Below the pieces are notes generated by a model, which did not search any database, had not been told where the DNA came from, and worked only from the letters and a program-made list of their open reading frames with translations. From assembly GCA_013239625.1 (NCBI GenBank), contig MU053557.1, positions 4,494,123-4,558,122 of the forward strand: a stretch of DNA of 64,000 bases. The letters are read 5' to 3'. Below are positions 12,781 through 64,000 of the stretch, in pieces. Position 1 is the first letter of the stretch, and each line of letters starts with the position of its first letter. This DNA is from Lama guanicoe. Its lineage: Eukaryota. A program made the position numbers and the translations under genes.

Positions 12781-14554
12781 GTCCCCACTTCCCTGAAGTG
12801 GGAAGAGTGCGCCCAGACTTGGCACTGAACAGCACTGACTCTCATTGTGAGGAGGTCTGTCGTTCAGGTTGCTTGCTCTGTTTCCCTGATTGCTCAAGAA
12901 CAACAGTATTAGTCTGTCTTCAACACTCCCTGCCAGTTGTTAATCTCTTTATTTTCAAATAATGCCAGATCAAGCCCAGGCTGGGCGCTTGGCATAAGCA
13001 AAAGGATCTAGCTTGAATTTAGCACATTGTTTTGTATCCACTGTATTTATTTTTATTTATGAAATTCAGTTTATAGAAAGCAATAAAAGTCTTTTTTTTC
13101 TACATGGACCAGTCATCCTTTATAAAATTAATTTGTATGAGTAAAGGAAGTAAATCCCTTTAGAAAAAAACTGGTAAGTGGCTGTTCAGGTGTCACATAT
13201 GGTGATAAATGCATGTGTGCATTGCACGTGCATACATGCATACATCCATGCATGCACACATATACACATGCATGCACACATGCATACAACTGTGAAAGTC
13301 ACCCTGAATGAATTACATTTCTGCAGCTAAGTCTATGAGTCATGAGATCCAGGGTACTGCGATCTTTATCACAACTACCTTTGTGGTTAGGAGAAAATTT
13401 AATTTTCTGCTTCTCAGTTTACTCACCTGTAAAAACAAGAGAATAAAATTGGGCCATAAAAATAAATGATTTCATCTCCCAGATACAGGTCTCTCTTCCT
13501 GCTCATATGGCATGGAAATAACATTGCTGAAAAGGAACCCAGAGGAAGTCACACTTTCTATATTAGAGATCAGACATGTGAAGTGTACAGAGGTTAAGTG
13601 ACTTGCCCAAAGTCATATTGCAATTTAATGTCAAATTTAAGACTAAAATCCAGGTCTCTTCACCCCGTGGTGAACTGTTTCTCCCTCTATTTCCGAAACT
13701 CTCTACCTCTATATACTTCCTTCCCCAGATAAACTTATCAAATGAGTTACATTTTACTTAACAAAGCACAAGCAAACACACACACACATACAGACACAAT
13801 ACAAAGACATCTTAAAATTATGAAAGAGCAAATAAGAAAAGGATAAAAGCAATATTAGGTTTCAAAGCATTAACACGGTTGGATAAGGAAGTAATATACC
13901 TGAAAGCTGAGAAAACATGTTACAGGGTTTTCCACAGTGTTGTAAGTCCTTCTTGGTTCTTTATTTAGATTAGATGCAAGGAGCCAGGAGCCAGGCAGAC
14001 CACTAAATGTGGGGGAGGATTAGGGTAAAGAGGGTAAGTGATTCATCTTTGGCTGCTATATACGTATAATAAAACCTGCTTAAACAGAGACCACATCCAA
14101 ACACCATTTCACTCACTCTCTGTGGATCATGAAACACAGCATCAGCATGATTCCAGGGGATATAGTCACCACATTTTTTAAATCGGATTTTCAGACATGT
14201 TTAAAGACTATTTCAGCAGAGTAATTTGCATACAGGATGTATTCACTGCAATGATACAGAACAATGTTTTTCTCATTTAAAAAAATAGTTTTATCCTTGT
14301 CTTTGGAGATGTGCTAAACATTTTTATAATTGACCTGGTTAAAGGCAAATTTACCAGATTTACAGGTAAACCAAAGTGCACAGTATCAGAAAATTTTACC
14401 AAATTTCCCAGTGAAATGTAAAATGGATAGTTATTATGCCCTTCACCTAAATACATACACACACACACACATATATATATATATGTACTTATGTGTGTAT
14501 TTATATTTGTAACAATTGAGAAAGATCCAATCAAACAGAAACTCATGTGAGAAG

Positions 14555-14740
14555 AGGTCTCAACTGATCATAAGCTCAATGTGAGCCAATGGTGAGACAC
14601 AGCTGCTGGAAAGAAGAAAAACCTTAATGCAATGTTAAAATAGTTACATGTAGTACAGTAATGACCTTCTGTACTCTCTGCCCACTGGCATATACCAGTT
14701 ACAGCAACCATACTCAGGGGGACAGACATTGGCATCTGGC
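14555..14740 (+). mobile_element. CR1/L3 LINE fragment
   Basis: GATCATAAGCTCAATGTGAGCCAATGGTGAG resembles the CR1 reverse-transcriptase 3' region. Confidence 0.55.
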
Positions 14741-15610
14741 CAAAGAGAGTAATAGGTCAGTGGGGAAAAGGGAGAGGGTCTGTAACCTGAGACAAACGGG
14801 GAATGGTTCATGGCATGGGTCCCAGGGCCAAGCAAGCCTTCTTCAAATACAAGATGCACAACCATTCTGGAATGCATGTGCCCTTGTTGGTCTCCCTGGA
14901 ATGAGGCTGAAAGGACTCTGCATGGGAGGTCAAACTCATCTTCAACACTCCTCCCCGCCTGGGGATTTTATGGTTTGTGGTGAGAACAAAACCACATCTG
15001 TCTTACTTGGTAGTGAACTAGGTCACTTCATTTCCTTCCTGGAGAAGAATACTCTAGAGTCTAGGGTGTTTTGACAACCAACAAGCTACTAAGAGAAAAT
15101 AAGATATACTGATGTGTACATAACCTTGGTGAGTAGAAGATGCAATGCTGACTCAACTTACCCCCTCATCCCACTCCACCCCACCACCAACCATCTGGCT
15201 GGCCCAAGAAGCTCGAAAGTAAGGCAGAGGGCCTGACAGTAAAATCAAAGCTGTTGGGTGTCAGGTGGTGAGCCCTATGGCTAGATATTCTTGCATGTTC
15301 CCATATTTTAGAGCAAGGGTGAACCACCTCCATCAGGCTCACTTGAGATGTGCATTCAAAATGCATGTTCCTAGGACATCTCCCAGATCTACTGAAGCAG
15401 AATTATTGGGGTAAGAACCAGAAGGTTCATTCTCAGCAAGCTCCCCAGATGATCCCTTTGCATACTCTGAGAACCATGGTCCCCGGGTAGGGCTTCTCAT
15501 GCTTTGGTGAGCCTTAGAATCATCTGGGGAGTGGGGTAAAGCTAGGGCTCCTGGGCCTAGAGATTCTGCTTCAGAGAACTCCTGATTCCATTATCAAATA
15601 ACTCAGATAC

Positions 15611-16135
15611 TGTGGTAGGCAGCTTCTGAAACAGCCCCCAGTGACTCCCCACCTCCTGGTATTCACACCCTTGGTAATTCCCTCCCTTTTTGAGTGGACT
15701 AGACCTAGCGACTCACTTATAATGAATAAAACAGGCAAAACTAGTTGGATGTCACTTCTGAGATTAGTTAGGAGAAGACACTGACTCCCTGTCCTGGCTC
15801 TCACCCCTGTCCTTCTGACTCTGATGAAGCAGGCTGCCATGTCATGAGCTGTCCTATGGAGAAGCCCAAAGGGAAGGGCCTGTGGGCATCCTGTGGCCAA
15901 CAGCAAGAAAGGAAATTACTCCTGCCGATAGCAATGTGAGTCTGGAAGGATCCTTCCCTAGTTAAGCTTGAGAAGACTACAGGTGCAGCGGACGCCTTGA
16001 TCGTAGCCCTGTGAGCCACCCTGAGCCAGAGGACCCAATTAATTCACACTTGGATTCCTGCCTTCCTGCAGAAGCTGTGGGATAATGAATGTTTCAAGCC
16101 ACTGGGTGTGTCATGCAGCGACAGACAACTAATAG
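15611..16135 (+). mobile_element. MaLR MLT1-family LTR
   Basis: TGTGGTAGGCAGC...CCCACCTCCTGGTATTCACACCCTTG...TTCAAGCCACT...GCAGCGACAGACAACTAATA. Confidence 0.8.
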
Positions 16136-16252
16136 AGAAGTTTCGTGCAGGAGCAGCCCTGGAATCAATACCCCTTGGGATTTAACCTTCAAGTCTCCTA
16201 CCTCATCTCTCCCTATTATTAAGGAGACACATGTGTGAATAAATGAGCAATA

Positions 16253-16258
16253 TTTAAT
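16253..16258 (-). terminator. Candidate proximal polyadenylation signal ATTAAA
   Basis: About 740 nt after the stop, with TGTA just upstream and U/GU-rich sequence downstream (ttgctcatttattcacacatgtgtctcc). Confidence 0.35.
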
Positions 16259-16994
16259 GACATATACTATTTACATGTAATTTAGGTCATAATTTTCTTA
16301 GTGCTCAATTTTTAAGCCTTGGCCCTTGGGAAGCTTCCCCAGGGTGTCTGGGAGGTTATGGGAGGGCAGAGCCTCAGGGCAGGATGGAGATGGTGAATCT
16401 GCATCAGACCTCACCCCCTATGCCTTCCAACTGGCCATTCTGAGGCTGTGTCTTCTGAGCTAAGAGCAGGTGAATCCCTGCCTGCCAGTCCCTATGAGCA
16501 GGAGTGGCATCTCCTCCGGCTGGAGAGAGAGAAGAAAGAAATGACCAGTTTCTCTGCTGGCAAGGGGAGGGTTGTCTTTCCCTGAGAAAAGTCAGTGAAG
16601 GGAACAAAGTGCAATCTGCTTGCTTCTCTCCAGTGCAGAGCCTGATTTCTCCACTGAGGGAAGGGGACAGCTTTTCTAAGGCGCAAGGATTCTCACTTTC
16701 TCTAGAACTGTGTGTCTAGAAAACGCACTTCAGGGTCTGTATTGTGGAAGGGCCACAGTCTACCGGAAAGGCTCTACCCACAAAGCCAGGACTCCTAACC
16801 CCTGCTCCACCATCCACTCCTTGTGGGGCCCAGGATGAGCCCTGTCCCCTTGCACTATGCTCTTCCCACTGTGAGCCGAGAAAAGGCTGGGCCAGGTGAT
16901 GAATCAGATCCCCCGGATTAGTGTCGAAGAGCCTAGGGCAGGGAGGTAGCTTCTGGCCATGGCAGCTGGTCAGAGATGGTTTAGCTGTCCTCAC

Positions 16995-62306
<45,312 letters not shown>

Positions 62307-63817
62307 CTGGAGGATATCAAATGAAAGATCATTTGTGAGAGTATAAGAAAGTTATAAGCAAGGATTGCAAGTTTTTGTCAAGTCGCCATTTCTTCTCCAG
62401 GGCTGGTGGCCTGGAAGAATTTTAATTGTTATCAACATTGCCTTATTATTACTTAGTACTCAGATGTTATCAAAGAACAGTGACACATGCTCTCAATCCT
62501 GCAGCAGCCTGGGTGTTCCCACTTTATTTAAAAAAAAATTCCCCCCCATAGGTCAGATTGAGTCCCATGGCTTAGTATACTGAAGGTGCTTGATATATGC
62601 TGAACCTACAAGGTCATTATAGATCTGGCTACAGCAAGGTGGATAACAGAAGTACTGGAGCAGAGCAAGGGGCAGTGGAATCTTTAGGGAGATGGCTGGG
62701 GCATGGTTGTAATGGCCCTGAAATGTATGATTGTCCCCAGACTGCCCTTCTGTCTGCCCAGTCCTGTGTGGGACTTCTTTCCTCCCCAGCTCTCCAAAAT
62801 GTTCCCGTCTTTGCAGCTGTAAAACTGGAATGAAAAGGAGAGGAAAGAAGATCATGGCACAGACTAGGCTTAGGGAGGAGGCTATTTTGATGGCACAGAG
62901 GTGAAAAAAGAAGACTGAAGCCATAAAGCACAAGGAAGTAGATATAAAAGAGTACAAGGGAATCTCACAAGTTATTCGTATGGAATATGGGCCTCCTTCA
63001 TGGTATCCTCAAAATACAACAAGAGGACTCAAGTTCTTAACCCATTACTTTCGGTTACTCTGTTGTTTTGAACACGCAACTGCTCAAGCACTCTACTATG
63101 GGGTCAGAATATTATGAGCATTACCTGATACTGGAAAGAGGGGTTTGGAATCTTGGCTCAAACACTATTTGTGAGTCATTCATCTAATTCACCCAACTTC
63201 TTCAACTGTAAAATGTTGATGGGTCAAAGTCAAGCAGACCTACTAGGTTTGCATTCTGGACCTGTGCTTCTGTTGATGCAGCCCTAAAATGATAAGGGAT
63301 GAAGTAATCACACTCCATCCAGTCACTGCTGATTAAAGCTGAACTCAAATCCTCGTATTGCTGCCAGGAGTCTGCCTCCTTCTGTCCCTATATACTGGGA
63401 TTTTGAGACCCAAGCTGTGGATCTTCCATTTCTTCATAGTGGAAACAGTTAGTACTTTTTGGCGGGTGATGAACAGGGAGAATGAAATAGATTTTGGCTT
63501 GAACAGGCTGAAGGAGAGGACCATCAGTTCACAGCTCTTCATCTAGTAAATCTTGTTAGGGGTCAGTGCTGAAAGCTAGCAGCTTAGCTGGAAAGCTGGC
63601 AGTAATGAGCTGTAGTCGACCAGGATCATTTTGTAGTTCTGCCCCCAGGAACCAAAGGTAACTGCAGCAGAAAGGCTCTGGCTTGGGAATCATGAGATAG
63701 GAGTCTAAGCACAAATCAGAGTCTCCCATACATTAGTTAAGTCACGTTCATCAAGATATTTCATCTATTTTTTGAGATTTCGCTGTTCCCAGTGATAAAT
63801 GAGGGCTTAATCTAAAT

Positions 63818-63944
63818 TAGTGCTTCTCAACCATGGCTGCCTATTCAAATCACCCAGATTGCTTTTTGAAAATATCAGTGCTTGGGCCTCATCTCCAGAA
63901 ATGCTGGTTTAAGTCGTTCGTACTGCACAGCCCAGTCACAGGCA
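63818..63944 (+). mobile_element. MER5-like hAT-Charlie element, interrupted at its T-tract
   Basis: TAGTGCTTCTCAAC...AATCACCCAG...GCTTGGGCCTCATCTCCAGA...GGCATTTTT; the usual AAAAGCTCCCCAGGTGATTC continuation is absent. Confidence 0.6.
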
Positions 63945-64000
63945 TTTTTTTTTCCCTTTATTTTAAGAGAGGTTTTGGGCCCCACCGCGGGGCGCGCGCA

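Larger units (their letters stand above)
1..16994 (-). other. SH3TC2: SH3TC2 3'UTR and/or downstream region (true 3' end not determinable)
   Basis: Lies after the stop codon with no recognisable coding exons. The human reference transcript is, from memory, annotated with a 3'UTR of over 20 kb. Confidence 0.45.

Noticed and set aside
62307..64000. SH3TC2 exon 1, promoter or intronic microRNA
   Set aside because: No sequence encoding the MGGCFC-like N-terminus and no convincing pre-miRNA hairpin was seen; exon 1 must lie beyond the window.

Overview
Mammalian genomic DNA, most likely a camelid, judged from two tRNA-derived Vic-1-like SINEs. The window holds coding exons 2-17 of SH3TC2 (the Charcot-Marie-Tooth 4C gene) on the minus strand, 62306 down to the TGA stop at 16995. 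I checked all 16 exons by hand: every intron is GT-AG, phases are continuous, and the 3818 coding nt match my recollection of the human exon sizes, plus one extra Glu codon in exon 11. Exon 1 and the promoter lie beyond position 64000. Positions 1-16994 are non-coding and may be the very long SH3TC2 3'UTR. The rest is ordinary mammalian repeat content (L1, L2, CR1, MIR, hAT fossils, MaLR, one solo ERV LTR, microsatellites). I found no convincing novel biological system. The best leads are a possible young retrocopy at the right edge, a strong CTCF motif, competing in-frame donors in exon 2, an antisense solo LTR, and a perfect hairpin in intron 12. Comparisons with human and repeat subfamily names are from memory, not from a search.
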